DNA from: Bacillota bacterium
GTDB lineage: Bacteria; Bacillota; Sulfobacillia; DUSP01; JBFMCS01
Assembly: GCA_040754315.1 (NCBI GenBank)
Contig: JBFMCS010000004.1
Location: 7,390 to 71,389 of the forward strand
Direction: 5' to 3'
DNA length: 64,000 bases
A model generated the notes under the pieces. It saw only the letters and a list, made by a program, of their open reading frames with translations. It did no database searches and had not been told where the DNA came from. The stretch's first letter is position 1. Each line of letters starts with the position of its first letter. Shown here piece after piece: positions 35,524 to 45,431 of the stretch. The position numbers were made by a program, and so were the translations under genes.

Positions 35524-36207
35524 ATGTACTTTCTAGATACCGGCATGATGTACTTCGTCCTGCCCGCTCTGGTCTTTGCCTTGTGGGCCCAGAACAGGGT
35601 GAAGACAGCCTTCAAGAAGAACATGCTGAAGGTGGCCAGGAGCGGGGTAACGGGAAACGATGTTGCCAGGGACATTCTCAAGGGCTCCGGGATCCACGAT
35701 GTAAGCGTTGAGGTCTCCAGGGGCGCACTCTCTGACCACTATGATTCCAGGGCCAAGGCTGTGCGGCTCTCCCCCGAGGTGTACCAGGGCCAGTCCCTGG
35801 CGGCCCTTGGGGTGGCCGCCCACGAGGCGGGACACGCCATCCAGCACGACGTGGGATATGCCCCTTTGGGGATCAGGAACGCCATCTTTCCCGTGGCCAG
35901 CCTGGGAAGCAACGCGGCGTTTCCCCTGTTCTTCATCGGCTTCATACTGCAGTATCCCCTCCTTATGGACCTGGGGATCCTGTTCTTCCTGGGTGCTGTC
36001 ATCTTCCAGGTCGTCACCCTGCCCGTGGAGTTCAACGCCTCCAACAGGGCCCTGGCGCTCCTGGAGGGACAGGGCTACATCACCGGGGATGAGGTAGGGC
36101 CTGTCAAGGAGGTCCTGAATGCTGCTGCCCTGACCTACGTTGCGGCTACCGCCATGGCGCTAGCCCAGCTACTCAGGCTGGTGCTCCTCAGGAGCAGGCG
36201 AGATTAG
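35524..36207 (+). CDS. YugP-like putative neutral zinc metallopeptidase (membrane-associated, Zn_peptidase_2)
   Basis: It has the HEAGHAIQH HExxH motif and flanking hydrophobic helices. A GGAGGTG RBS precedes the ATG at 35524. It is inserted between fmt and rsmB. Confidence 0.65.
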   Translation: MYFLDTGMMYFVLPALVFALWAQNRVKTAFKKNMLKVARSGVTGNDVARDILKGSGIHDVSVEVSRGALSDHYDSRAKAVRLSPEVYQGQSLAALGVAAHEAGHAIQHDVGYAPLGIRNAIFPVASLGSNAAFPLFFIGFILQYPLLMDLGILFFLGAVIFQVVTLPVEFNASNRALALLEGQGYITGDEVGPVKEVLNAAALTYVAATAMALAQLLRLVLLRSRRD

Positions 36208-36260
36208 GTCCAGAACACCTTGGAGGGGACGGGGCTCCCCTCCTACGGGAGGTTCCCCTC

Positions 36261-37634
36261 ATGGGTAGCGGGAAGCGTAGAGGGCCTCTCGGCCCCAGGG
36301 ATCTGGCCCTGGAGGTGCTCACCGGGGTCGAGAGGGGCAAGAACGCTGGCGATCTCTTGGATGAGGCCCTGGAAAGGAGCGATCTCTCCAGGGCCGGCAG
36401 GGCCCTGGCCACGGAGATTGCCTATGGTGCCCTCCGGTGGAGAGGCCTTCTGGACTGGATGCTCCAGCAGGTGCTGACTACCCCCCTGGAACGTCTTACC
36501 CCCTCCATAAGGAACATCCTCCGCGCCGGTGCCTACCAGATCCTCTGTCTTGACAGGGTACCCGCCAGGGCTGCGGTGTACGAGTCGGTGAGGCTCGCAA
36601 GGGAGCGAGGACACGAGGGCACCGCCCGCCTGGTAAACGCAGTCCTCAGGAACCTGGACCGGAGAAGAAATGCCCTGGTGCTCCCGGGTGACCTGGACCC
36701 CGTGACCGGCCTGGCCGTGCGCCTGTCCCACCCCCAGTGGCTGGTGGAGCGGTGGCACCGGAGGTTTGGTCCCGGTGAGACCAGGGCCTTGCTCGAGGCC
36801 AACCTGGAGATCCCTCCCTTGAGCATCAGGGCGAATTCCCTAAGGTGCACCCCAGAGGGCCTGGCCAAGTCTCTCCAGGAGGAAGGCGTCGCCCTGAGGC
36901 CTGGCCGCTACTTCCCGGGAGCCTTCACCCTCGAATCTCCCCCTCCCCTCAGGGCCGTCCGGGCCTTTAATAAGGGACTCTTCACGGTCCAAGACGAGTC
37001 CTCAATGCTGGCTGGACTGGTATGCCATCCCGGTCCCGGGCATATAGTCATAGATGCCTGTGCCGCGCCGGGAGGAAAAACCATTCACCTGGCAGAATTA
37101 ATGGGGGACCAGGGACAGGTGCTGGCCGTGGACCTGAGCGCCGCCAGGCTTTCCAAGGTCCGGGAGAACCTCCAGCGCCTGGGGCCCAAGTGCGTGAAGA
37201 TAGTGGAGGCCGATGCCAGGAGACTCGGGGCCCTTTATCCCGCCTCCGCGGACCGGCTCCTGGTGGACGCCCCCTGTTCGGGCCTGGGCGTCCTCAGGAG
37301 AAACCCCGATGCCAAGTGGATAAAGACAGAAGGCGATATTCACGCCCTGAGCAAGGTGCAACTGGAGATCCTGCTGGGTGCTTCGCCTTGCCTCAAGCCC
37401 GGCGGTGTCCTGGTATATTCCGTGTGCTCGCTGGAGGTGGAGGAGACCCGGGACGTTGTGGAGTCATTCCTCTCAAGGAGTCCTGAATTCCACCTGGACG
37501 ACATGGAGGGGTACCTGCCTGAGGGACTCAGGGGACAGGGAGGCCAGGGCGGCATGCTCTGGTTGTACCCTCACAGGCATGGCCTGGACGGTTTCTACCT
37601 GGCGCGCATGAGACGCAGGGAGGGAGATCCATGA
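36261..37634 (+). CDS. rsmB: 16S rRNA (cytosine967-C5)-methyltransferase RsmB/Sun
   Basis: An N-terminal NusB-like domain is followed by a SAM-MTase domain (DACAAPGGKT, PCSGLG). Confidence 0.85.
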   Translation: MGSGKRRGPLGPRDLALEVLTGVERGKNAGDLLDEALERSDLSRAGRALATEIAYGALRWRGLLDWMLQQVLTTPLERLTPSIRNILRAGAYQILCLDRVPARAAVYESVRLARERGHEGTARLVNAVLRNLDRRRNALVLPGDLDPVTGLAVRLSHPQWLVERWHRRFGPGETRALLEANLEIPPLSIRANSLRCTPEGLAKSLQEEGVALRPGRYFPGAFTLESPPPLRAVRAFNKGLFTVQDESSMLAGLVCHPGPGHIVIDACAAPGGKTIHLAELMGDQGQVLAVDLSAARLSKVRENLQRLGPKCVKIVEADARRLGALYPASADRLLVDAPCSGLGVLRRNPDAKWIKTEGDIHALSKVQLEILLGASPCLKPGGVLVYSVCSLEVEETRDVVESFLSRSPEFHLDDMEGYLPEGLRGQGGQGGMLWLYPHRHGLDGFYLARMRRREGDP

Positions 37635-38371
37635 GATTTGCCGCCGCCACCGACATCGGCAAGGCGCGCACCACCAACGAAGATGCCTTTTTGGCCTGTC
37701 CCATATCGGACGGGCTCTTCTTGGCGGCTGTGGCGGACGGCATGGGCGGCGGCGAGGCGGGGGGTGAGGCCTCCCGCATGGCTTTGAATGCCTTCAGGGA
37801 GACCCTTTCGTCCCTGGTGGATAGGGGGGCCAGCCTTGAGGGTGCTATCGGCCAGGCCGCATCCAGGGCAAATACGAGGATCCTCAAGCGAAGCATGGCT
37901 CGTTTCGGCTACCCGGGCATGGGTACCACCCTCACTGCAACCGTGGTGCAACCTGGCGGTTTTCATGTATGCCATGTTGGCGACAGCCGCGCATATGTAG
38001 TAGGGAACGGCAGTGCCCGGCAGGTCACCCGGGACCACTCGCTGGTGGCCGAGATGGTGCGCCAAGGTGACATTACCGAGGATGAGGCCATGGTGCATCC
38101 CCAGCGTAACGTCTTGACCCAGGCACTGGGAACCAGAGCCCGGGTCCTTGTTGACCTGGAGGAATTCCGCACGGGACGGGGGGATCTGATCCTCATATGC
38201 ACGGACGGGCTTTCTGGCCTGGTGAACCGAGAGGAGATTGCCAGGGTCATAGCCTCCGCCCGCCATCTTGAGGATGCAGCTGCCTCCCTCGTTAGACTGG
38301 CGAATGAGCGGGGTGGGCACGACAACATAACCGTGGTCCTGGTGAAGCCAGGGGGTGAAGACTCGTGCTAG
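37631..38371 (+). CDS. prpC: PP2C-family Ser/Thr phosphatase (PrpC/Stp1)
   Basis: It has the DGMGG, DSRAYV and GGHDNITVV motifs. It is co-transcribed with prkC. Confidence 0.85.
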   Translation: MRFAAATDIGKARTTNEDAFLACPISDGLFLAAVADGMGGGEAGGEASRMALNAFRETLSSLVDRGASLEGAIGQAASRANTRILKRSMARFGYPGMGTTLTATVVQPGGFHVCHVGDSRAYVVGNGSARQVTRDHSLVAEMVRQGDITEDEAMVHPQRNVLTQALGTRARVLVDLEEFRTGRGDLILICTDGLSGLVNREEIARVIASARHLEDAAASLVRLANERGGHDNITVVLVKPGGEDSC

Positions 38372-40230
38372 GCAAGAGTCTCGGAGGACGCTACGAGATA
38401 CAAGAGAAGGTGGGCGGTGGCGGGATGGCCCTGGTTTACAGGGCCCATGACACCTTTCTCAACAGGACCGTGGCGGTGAAGCTCCTGAGGTCTCAGTTTG
38501 TTGAGGACGAGGAGTTCCTCAGGCGGTTCCGGCGAGAGGCCCAGTCAGCCGCGCGTTTGACCCACCCCAATGTGGTGAACGTGTACGATGTAGGGCAGGA
38601 GGGCTCATCGCACTACATCGTGATGGAGTTCGTTGAGGGTTCAACCCTGAAGGAACTGGTCAGGGGAAAGGGGCCCCTGCCACCAAGACTGGCGGCGAAG
38701 ATAGCCTACCAGATCAGTGAGGCCTTGGATCACGCCCACAGGAACCAGGTGGTCCACAGGGATATCAAGCCCCATAACATCCTGGTGATGCCGTCGGGCA
38801 CTGTGAAGGTCACGGATTTTGGGATCGCCAGGGCAGTGTCGGATACCACCTTGACGAATACCGGGAACATCATCGGGTCTGTCCACTACTTCTCCCCGGA
38901 GCAAGCCCGGGGGGGCTTCACCGGAGAGAAGTCAGACCTTTACTCCCTGGGAGTTGTGCTATATGAAATGCTTACGGGTACCGTCCCGTTCAAGGGAGAC
39001 AGCCCCTTCAGCGTTGCCATAAAACACCTGCAGGAAGATGTAGTTCCCCCGGGTGACCTCAGGCCCGGGATCCCCGAGGGCCTTGTGCGTGTGGTCATGA
39101 AGGCGCTGGAGAAGGATTCCCTGAAGCGTTACCGTTCCGCCGCTGAGATGAAGCACGACCTCGGGCGCGTACTCAGGGACCTGGGAGATGAGGACGAAGA
39201 GGAGATGCAGATCCTGAAGGTCAGATCCCAGCCTCCCAGGCCTAAGGAGAGCATGGAGAGCGTGAGGTCTGGGAGCAGGAGGATCGGTTCAGTCTGGAAA
39301 CTGGTGGCCGCCGGTATTGTCCTGGTGGCGCTGGGCACGGTGATATATGGGGTCAGGCTCATCCAGGACTGGGTGAACGTGCCTGTGGTCCCGGTGCCCG
39401 ATGTTGTGGGCCTTTCTCTCAGCGAGGCCGAGGACGTGTTGAGGAAGGAGCGTCTTTCCTCCTTGGTTATAGCCGAGAAGCATGATGAGAAGGCGCCAGT
39501 AGGGTTCATCCTCTCCCAGGATCCGGAGGCTGGGGAGACGGTGAAGGAAGGGCGCGAGATTAAACTGGTAATGAGCATGGGGCCAGAGCTGGTGGCCGTT
39601 CCTGACCTGGTCGGCAAGACCTTCCGGGAGGCGGATCTCACCCTCAAGGGTGGCGGGCTCGACTTCGGGAGCCTGGACTACCAGCATAGCGATGACTTCG
39701 AAGAGGGGAAGATCGTCTCCCAGAGCCCCAGGGCAGGTAACAGGGTGTCCAAGGGGACACTGGTGGATCTCGTTGTCAGCAAGGGGCCTGAGCCTAGGGA
39801 AACGGTCATGCCAAGCCTAGTGGGTCTCCGGTACGAGGCTGCCCTGGAAGAGTTGAGGTCCCTGAAGATGGAGGCTTCCAGCGTAAGGGAGGAACCCAGC
39901 GCTGTATATCCTGCCGGCTATGTGATTTCCCAGACCCCCTCTGCCGGTTCGCCGGTGATGGAGGGCGCGGCGGTGAATCTCAAGGTCTCCTCGGGTGGCG
40001 CCACCCAGAACTCGAAGGATATCATCGTTGTCCTTCCCAGCGGCCAGGAGGATGAGCTGGTTGACCTCAGGTTGGACCTCCACGATATCACCGGTGACCA
40101 CACCGTGTACGCCCAGAAGCATAGGCCTGGGGACGTAATACGAATGACCATTCAATGGTACGGTCCTGAGGCGAGGGCCAGGATATACCTGGATGGGGTG
40201 TTCCACAGGGAGTCTATTCTAAGGGGTTGA
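38365..40230 (+). CDS. prkC: Ser/Thr protein kinase PrkC with a TM segment and PASTA repeats
   Basis: It has Hanks kinase motifs (HRDIKPHN, DFGIA) and three C-terminal PASTA-like modules. Confidence 0.9.
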   Translation: MLGKSLGGRYEIQEKVGGGGMALVYRAHDTFLNRTVAVKLLRSQFVEDEEFLRRFRREAQSAARLTHPNVVNVYDVGQEGSSHYIVMEFVEGSTLKELVRGKGPLPPRLAAKIAYQISEALDHAHRNQVVHRDIKPHNILVMPSGTVKVTDFGIARAVSDTTLTNTGNIIGSVHYFSPEQARGGFTGEKSDLYSLGVVLYEMLTGTVPFKGDSPFSVAIKHLQEDVVPPGDLRPGIPEGLVRVVMKALEKDSLKRYRSAAEMKHDLGRVLRDLGDEDEEEMQILKVRSQPPRPKESMESVRSGSRRIGSVWKLVAAGIVLVALGTVIYGVRLIQDWVNVPVVPVPDVVGLSLSEAEDVLRKERLSSLVIAEKHDEKAPVGFILSQDPEAGETVKEGREIKLVMSMGPELVAVPDLVGKTFREADLTLKGGGLDFGSLDYQHSDDFEEGKIVSQSPRAGNRVSKGTLVDLVVSKGPEPRETVMPSLVGLRYEAALEELRSLKMEASSVREEPSAVYPAGYVISQTPSAGSPVMEGAAVNLKVSSGGATQNSKDIIVVLPSGQEDELVDLRLDLHDITGDHTVYAQKHRPGDVIRMTIQWYGPEARARIYLDGVFHRESILRG

Positions 40231-40234
40231 ACGC

Positions 40235-41110
40235 ATGGTCCTTGAGGCCCTTGTTCTGAGCGTGGCAGGGGGGTACGCGAGGGTAAGAGTAGGCGGGGAT
40301 GTCCTTCTTTGCCAGTTCAGGGGGCGCTTGAGGCGCAGTGGCATACTGCCTGGAGATAGGGTTGTTGTCTCCTTTGAGGTTCCGGGGCAGGAGACGGTGG
40401 AGAGGGTCCTGCCCAGGGGGAACGTACTGAAGCGTCCTGCCATCGCCAACGTGGACCAGGCGCTAGTAGTCTTCACTGCCAGCGAGCCACCCCTGAACCT
40501 GCCTCTGGTGGACAGGATAACCGTCCTGGCGACCCACGCCGGGGTCGGGGTGATACTCTGCCTGAACAAGGTAGACCTTATAGATCCCGGTGAGGCGCTG
40601 CGCCTGGGGCAGGTGTACCAGCCCTCAGGCTTTCCCTTCTTCGCCACCAGCGCTCTTATAGGGGATGGTGTTGAGGGTCTCCGCCCCGTGCTGGAGGGTA
40701 GGGTTACCGTTATGGCTGGTCAGAGCGGCGTGGGCAAGTCCCGGCTCCTGAACTCCCTGGACCCTTCCCTCAGCCTGGCCACAGGGGCTCTGAGCCGCAA
40801 GATCTCACGGGGGAAACACATCACACGCCGGGTGGAGCTCCTTCAAGTCCAGGGAGGGGGCATAGTGGCGGACGCTCCCGGGTTCTCCCGTCTTGATCTT
40901 GAGGGTATGTCCCCTGGTGAACTGGGTGACTGCTACCCTGAGATCCGGAGCCTGTCGGCAGGCTGCCGGTTCACTGGCTGCCACCACCAGAAGGAGCCGG
41001 GGTGTGCCGTGAAGGAATCTATAGGGTCCGGGATTTCCCTGGAACGCTATTCGTCCTACTGTGACCTTTTCGCAGAGATCCTGGAATGGGAGAAGAGGCG
41101 CTATGAATAA
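40235..41110 (+). CDS. rsgA: Ribosome small-subunit-dependent GTPase A (RsgA/CpgA/YloQ)
   Basis: It has a circularly permuted GTPase (GQSGVGKS) and a C-terminal zinc-finger Cys cluster. Confidence 0.9.
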   Translation: MVLEALVLSVAGGYARVRVGGDVLLCQFRGRLRRSGILPGDRVVVSFEVPGQETVERVLPRGNVLKRPAIANVDQALVVFTASEPPLNLPLVDRITVLATHAGVGVILCLNKVDLIDPGEALRLGQVYQPSGFPFFATSALIGDGVEGLRPVLEGRVTVMAGQSGVGKSRLLNSLDPSLSLATGALSRKISRGKHITRRVELLQVQGGGIVADAPGFSRLDLEGMSPGELGDCYPEIRSLSAGCRFTGCHHQKEPGCAVKESIGSGISLERYSSYCDLFAEILEWEKRRYE

Positions 41111-41768
41111 CGGTATAAGAGTCCAGGTGGCACCCTCGCTCCTGGCCGCAGACCCTGGCAGGCTAGCGGAGGCTGCGCTCCAGGCCCAGGAGGCCGGCGC
41201 GGATATGCTTCACCTGGATGTAATGGACGGCAGGTTTGTTTCATCTATCACCTTTGGCCCTGGCCTTGTAGCCAGTCTGAGCCGGAATTGCGGGATTCCC
41301 CTGGATGTCCATCTCATGATCGAAGAGCCCGAACGGCACCTTGAGGCCTTCGCTGCCGCGGGCAGTCACATCATCACCCTGCACGTGGAGGCATCTCCTC
41401 ACATTCACCGCTTGCTGGGCCAGATCAAGGGAATGGGGATAAAGGCTGGAGTCTCACTAAATCCAGGCACTCCGCTGTCGGCCGTGCGCTGGGTTCTGGA
41501 TGTTGCCGACATGGTGCTGGTGATGACGGTGAACCCTGGGGCGGGAGGGCAGGCCTTCATAGACTCAATGACGAGGAAGATTGCCCGGCTGAGAGCCATC
41601 ATTGATGGCATGGGTTTGGGAACAGTTATAGAGGTCGACGGCGGCATTACGCCAAGGACGGCCCCGGCGGCTATTGACGCGGGCGCCACTGTGCTGGTGG
41701 CCGGGAGCGCCGTGTTCGGTCAAGAGGACATGGCCGGTGCCATAAGGGCCATTAGGGGTGGTAGCTAG
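41103..41768 (+). CDS. rpe: Ribulose-phosphate 3-epimerase
   Basis: It has the VAPSLLAAD and HLDVMDGRFV motifs. Confidence 0.9.
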   Translation: MNNGIRVQVAPSLLAADPGRLAEAALQAQEAGADMLHLDVMDGRFVSSITFGPGLVASLSRNCGIPLDVHLMIEEPERHLEAFAAAGSHIITLHVEASPHIHRLLGQIKGMGIKAGVSLNPGTPLSAVRWVLDVADMVLVMTVNPGAGGQAFIDSMTRKIARLRAIIDGMGLGTVIEVDGGITPRTAPAAIDAGATVLVAGSAVFGQEDMAGAIRAIRGGS

Positions 41769-41784
41769 TCTGGATAGGGACTCA

Positions 41785-42300
41785 TTACATCCTCCCCGAG
41801 TCCGAGGATTCTTGAGGCTCACGCCTTTTCGGTTCCTGCTTCATCTCCGTGCCGTTCCCTTTAGCCTTGTGCTTCAGTTGGCGGACTAGTTCGCCCCATG
41901 CCACATCATGGACGGCTTTGCTAGTGTCTTGCGCTTTACCGTGTTTCCCTGCCTTCAACGATTCCACACACATCGTTCTTGGCGGACAGTAAAGTCGTCA
42001 ACTTGTGAAGCCAGTCCCTGCGCCTAGACAAAGTCCTGGCGTGATGCGGGGCAACCTTAAGGTGATTGTTTTCCCGGTTCTTTAACCCCTTCTGCTTCCG
42101 GGGCAAGTCTGCCTTGGGCCTTGGCAAGCCGCTGTTAGTCCTTGACGAAGAACCTGGGATTATCAACAGGTTCACCGCGGCTCAAGAGCCACACCAAGGG
42201 GGGATGTTTCTAAGCCTGCCGGCCACCGGGCCCACAAGCACCTTCTGCCTGTACATGAAGAATTAGACTATCTGATGTTTTCGCCGCGACTCTTTATGGG
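41785..42300 (-). pseudogene. Frameshifted, truncated remnant of an IS200/IS605-family TnpB (OrfB)
   Basis: Minus-strand frames contain RRRDWLHKLTTLLSAKNDVCGIVEG (the RuvC-II block) and KAVHDVAWGELVRQLKHKAKGNG (the D-GWG-F...YKA RuvC-III block) in different frames. There is no intact ORF, and thiN is absent from this conserved position. Confidence 0.45.
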
Positions 42301-42395
42301 GATGTCCTTGGCTGGGTACTGCTGCGTTTTCCCCTTGGCCTCACAACCCCTGCCCGACTGGAATAGGATGAAATGGGTTAGGGGGGGGAGACCTG

Positions 42396-42575
42396 CGTGA
42401 GACGGCGGCCATTTTCGCGATCAGGCCGGAGAGCAGTCCGGAAGCTGGCGGGGGTCCTTCTGGCGGCCGCCGGCGTCGCATTGCTCCTTCGCATGATGCC
42501 GGGGTGGTTCTGGGTTGCCTGCCTGGGGGCTGGTATGGTCTGGGGAGGATGGGCCTTCTTTGCACTGGAGGACTA
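42396..42575 (+). CDS. Candidate small (59-aa) membrane protein (basic N-terminus plus two hydrophobic segments). It falls below the ORF-track length cutoff.
   Basis: Manual translation from the GTG at 42396 gives VRRRPFSRSGRRAVRKLAGVLLAAAGVALLLRMMPGWFWVACLGAGMVWGGWAFFALED-stop. There is no clear RBS, and high GC inflates ORF length. Confidence 0.2.
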
Positions 42576-42777
42576 GGGGGGGGAAGAGGTGAGATTCTAC
42601 TACCTAAGGCTGCCGGGGTTTCTGAGGAGGTTGTTCGGGGGGGCACGCCACAGGGTTTCTTGACAGGGTTGGGCGGGGAACAATTGCTGAGGGCCAGCGG
42701 GTGGCAAAGGGGTCCCGGCCCGAGGCCGGGATGGTGTCAACAGGGGGCATTGCCTTGTGGCAAAGCCCCCTTCACCA

Positions 42778-42969
42778 TCATGCGTGGCGTTTTACCTTCC
42801 CGCCTTTCAGGCAGCGGGTGCATACATAGACCCTCCGCGGCTGCCCGCTGTCGTCAATCCGGACCCTCTGGAGGTTGGGAAGCCAGGTGCGCTTGGTCTT
42901 GACATTGGAGTGACTCACGTGGTTACCCACTGCTACGCGCTTCCCGCACACATGACATGCCCTGGCCAT
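42778..42969 (-). CDS. rpmB: 50S ribosomal protein L28
   Basis: [59 protein letters not shown] matches the L28 consensus. The ATG is at 42969. The longer ORF-track version is an upstream extension. Confidence 0.85.
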   Translation of the reverse strand: MARACHVCGKRVAVGNHVSHSNVKTKRTWLPNLQRVRIDDSGQPRRVYVCTRCLKGGKVKRHA

Positions 42970-43695
42970 ACATTCCACCCCCTTTACCGTCCCGGTACAT
43001 TTTAGCACGGCGTAGCCCAGCCTGCAATAGCACGCCGCCCAGGGTCTGTGTCGCCCAGGGCCTAGGCAGAGGTTTGGTAAACCCTGGTTCTTGGCCTGGG
43101 ACTTTCCAGGCCCTTCAGAAAGGGATGACTCCAATTGGGTATAGAGGTAGCCTGCCTAACGCCGTGATTTCTGGCGGCATTGCCTCCTGCCGGATCTCCG
43201 GCCACCAATGAGAGCCCCATTTAACCGGGGCCAGGCATAGGTGCGTGAATGGGGGCTTTATCTGGGGTACAGTGATCAATGCGTCCCCGCCATCCCCGTG
43301 GAATCCCTAAATTCCCTCAGGTTTCTTAAGGCAAACAGCCTAACGCATCCATGACCACATGGATGGGCGAGCCAGTTCCCGAATAAAGCGTTTAGAACAC
43401 CTTGTCCTGAGGATACCGCTGTGCCATCATCTGACTAATCACCTCCTTCGGCTTGAACGCTTCAATCCTACAAGCACAGGCGCAAATCCTGGTTAGCCTG
43501 GCAACAGCCCCGGTCTTTGCTATTGTCGCCGCATAAACGACCTGAGAAAATGTTGTTAGGGACATTCTGTTACGGGCAAGAGGCCTTGAAGACCATGACC
43601 AGGGATTGCCCGGGAACAACAGGAACAACGCAGAGACGAAAAGAAACCCCAGAGAAGGAGCACTACAGGTCGGAAGACGGAGGTGTTGTGAGCGT

Positions 43696-44913
43696 ATGCC
43701 AGGCTCAGTCTTGCCCAGCGTGAAAAGACTCCAGGAGGACCTGGAGGCACTCTCCCTCATTGGCCGCCACGGCCAGGGTGTCTCCCGCACAGCCTTTAGC
43801 CCTGCGGACATGGAGGCCAGGGGCTTTGTGCGAGAACTCATGGCAAGAGCCGGTATGGAGGCCCGCATGGACCCCGCTGGCAACGTGTGGGGGAGCCTTT
43901 GTGGTAAGGAGCCAGGCCTGCCCTCGCTGGTCATAGGGTCTCACCTGGACACCGTCCCTGAAGGCGGGCGATTCGATGGCGCCCTGGGGGTGTTGGCCGG
44001 GATAGAGTGCCTGAGAACCCTTGGGGAAGGCCAGGCAACAAGGGGCCGTACCATCGAGGTGGTAGGGTTCTCAGATGAAGAGGGCACGCTTACCTCCGGC
44101 TACTTTGGGAGCCGCGCCATGCTGGGGCGCCTGTCGACCCGGGAAAGGCATGACCTCGGTGACGAGACGTCGGACTTGTACAGGACGCTGGTGGCGGCGG
44201 GCTTAAGCCCTGGAGAGGTCCTGAGAGCTGGCAGGGACCCCTTGGGCATCCACTGTTACATCGAACTCCATGCTGAACAAGGGATGACCCTGGAGGAGAT
44301 GGGGTATTCCATAGGCGTGGTCACTGGCATAGTGGGGATAAACCGCTACACAGTGGAAATCCCCGGTACTGCCCGGCACGCAGGGACCACCCCCATGCGC
44401 CTTAGGGATGATGCCATAGTGAAGGCCTCCAGGTTCATCCTGAGAATGCATGAATACGTGCTTGGCCTGGAGGAACAGGCTGTGCTAACCGCCGGCTGGC
44501 TCCGGGTCTTCCCTGGTGCCTACAACATTGTGCCGGGAAAAGTCCAGGTTGGAGTTGAGGCAAGAAGCATGGATCCCGGACTCTTGGACCAGGCAGAGGC
44601 GGAAATGGCCAGGGTGCTTGAGCCCCTTGGGGGGCACGTGAACCTCTTGAGCTCCGATGCACCGGCACTCCTGGACGATGGAGTGCGCCAGGCGCTGGCC
44701 GCGGCAGCCTCCAAGGAGGGGTATGCCTCCCATCCCATGCGAAGCGGAGCCGGTCACGATGCCAGCATAATGGCTAGGAGCGTGCCCTCAGGAATGATCT
44801 TCATCCCAAGCCGGGATGGGCTCAGCCATTGCCCTCAGGAGTGGAGCGCCCCTTGGCACCTTGAGGCTGGCCTAAGGGTATTGTACAGGGCGTGCCTGGA
44901 CCTGTCGGGCTAA
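43696..44913 (+). CDS. M20-family Zn-dependent amidohydrolase (allantoate amidohydrolase / N-carbamoyl-L-amino-acid hydrolase type)
   Basis: It has the Peptidase_M20 metal ligands (GSHLDTV, SDEEG, ELHAEQG) and a dimerisation domain. The start is the ATG at 43696. Confidence 0.75.
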   Translation: MPGSVLPSVKRLQEDLEALSLIGRHGQGVSRTAFSPADMEARGFVRELMARAGMEARMDPAGNVWGSLCGKEPGLPSLVIGSHLDTVPEGGRFDGALGVLAGIECLRTLGEGQATRGRTIEVVGFSDEEGTLTSGYFGSRAMLGRLSTRERHDLGDETSDLYRTLVAAGLSPGEVLRAGRDPLGIHCYIELHAEQGMTLEEMGYSIGVVTGIVGINRYTVEIPGTARHAGTTPMRLRDDAIVKASRFILRMHEYVLGLEEQAVLTAGWLRVFPGAYNIVPGKVQVGVEARSMDPGLLDQAEAEMARVLEPLGGHVNLLSSDAPALLDDGVRQALAAAASKEGYASHPMRSGAGHDASIMARSVPSGMIFIPSRDGLSHCPQEWSAPWHLEAGLRVLYRACLDLSG

Positions 44914-45054
44914 CACCCCACCTCCAGGCTTGAGGACTCCAGGCAAAACCCGGGTGAATGGTCCTGTGGCAAGGTCACTCAAGACTACACTGGAAGGAAA
45001 ACGAAGCCTGGGCGCGAATCAACCATCATGACCCAACTGGGGGGTTTTCCTTTT

Positions 45055-45417
45055 ATGGGTAAGGAGGTCATGGGACGGTACGGGAAGATCATCGTCTCGG
45101 ATGAGGTCATAGCCACCATTGCCGCGGTAGCCGCCACCGAGTGCTATGGCGTGGTCGGCATGGCATCTACCAGGATCACCGATGGCATCGCAGAGCTCTT
45201 AGGGCGCGAGAACCTAGCCAAAGGCGCCGAGGTGTCGGTGGACGGTGATTCAGCCACCATTGTGCTGAACATCATAGTTGGATACGGGACACGCATATCC
45301 GAAGTGGCCCGGAATGTCATGGAGAAGGTTCGCTACACAGTGGAGAACACCACGGGGATCCCAGTGGTGAAGGTTCGCATAAACGTCCAGGGAGTGAAGG
45401 TTGACCGGGCAAGATAG
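45055..45417 (+). CDS. Asp23/Gls24-family alkaline shock protein (YloU-like)
   Basis: It has the GKIIVSDEVIATIAAVAATECYGVVGM signature and follows the yloU/yloV order of B. subtilis. Confidence 0.8.
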   Translation: MGKEVMGRYGKIIVSDEVIATIAAVAATECYGVVGMASTRITDGIAELLGRENLAKGAEVSVDGDSATIVLNIIVGYGTRISEVARNVMEKVRYTVENTTGIPVVKVRINVQGVKVDRAR

Positions 45418-45431
45418 GGGGGAAAGCCCTT

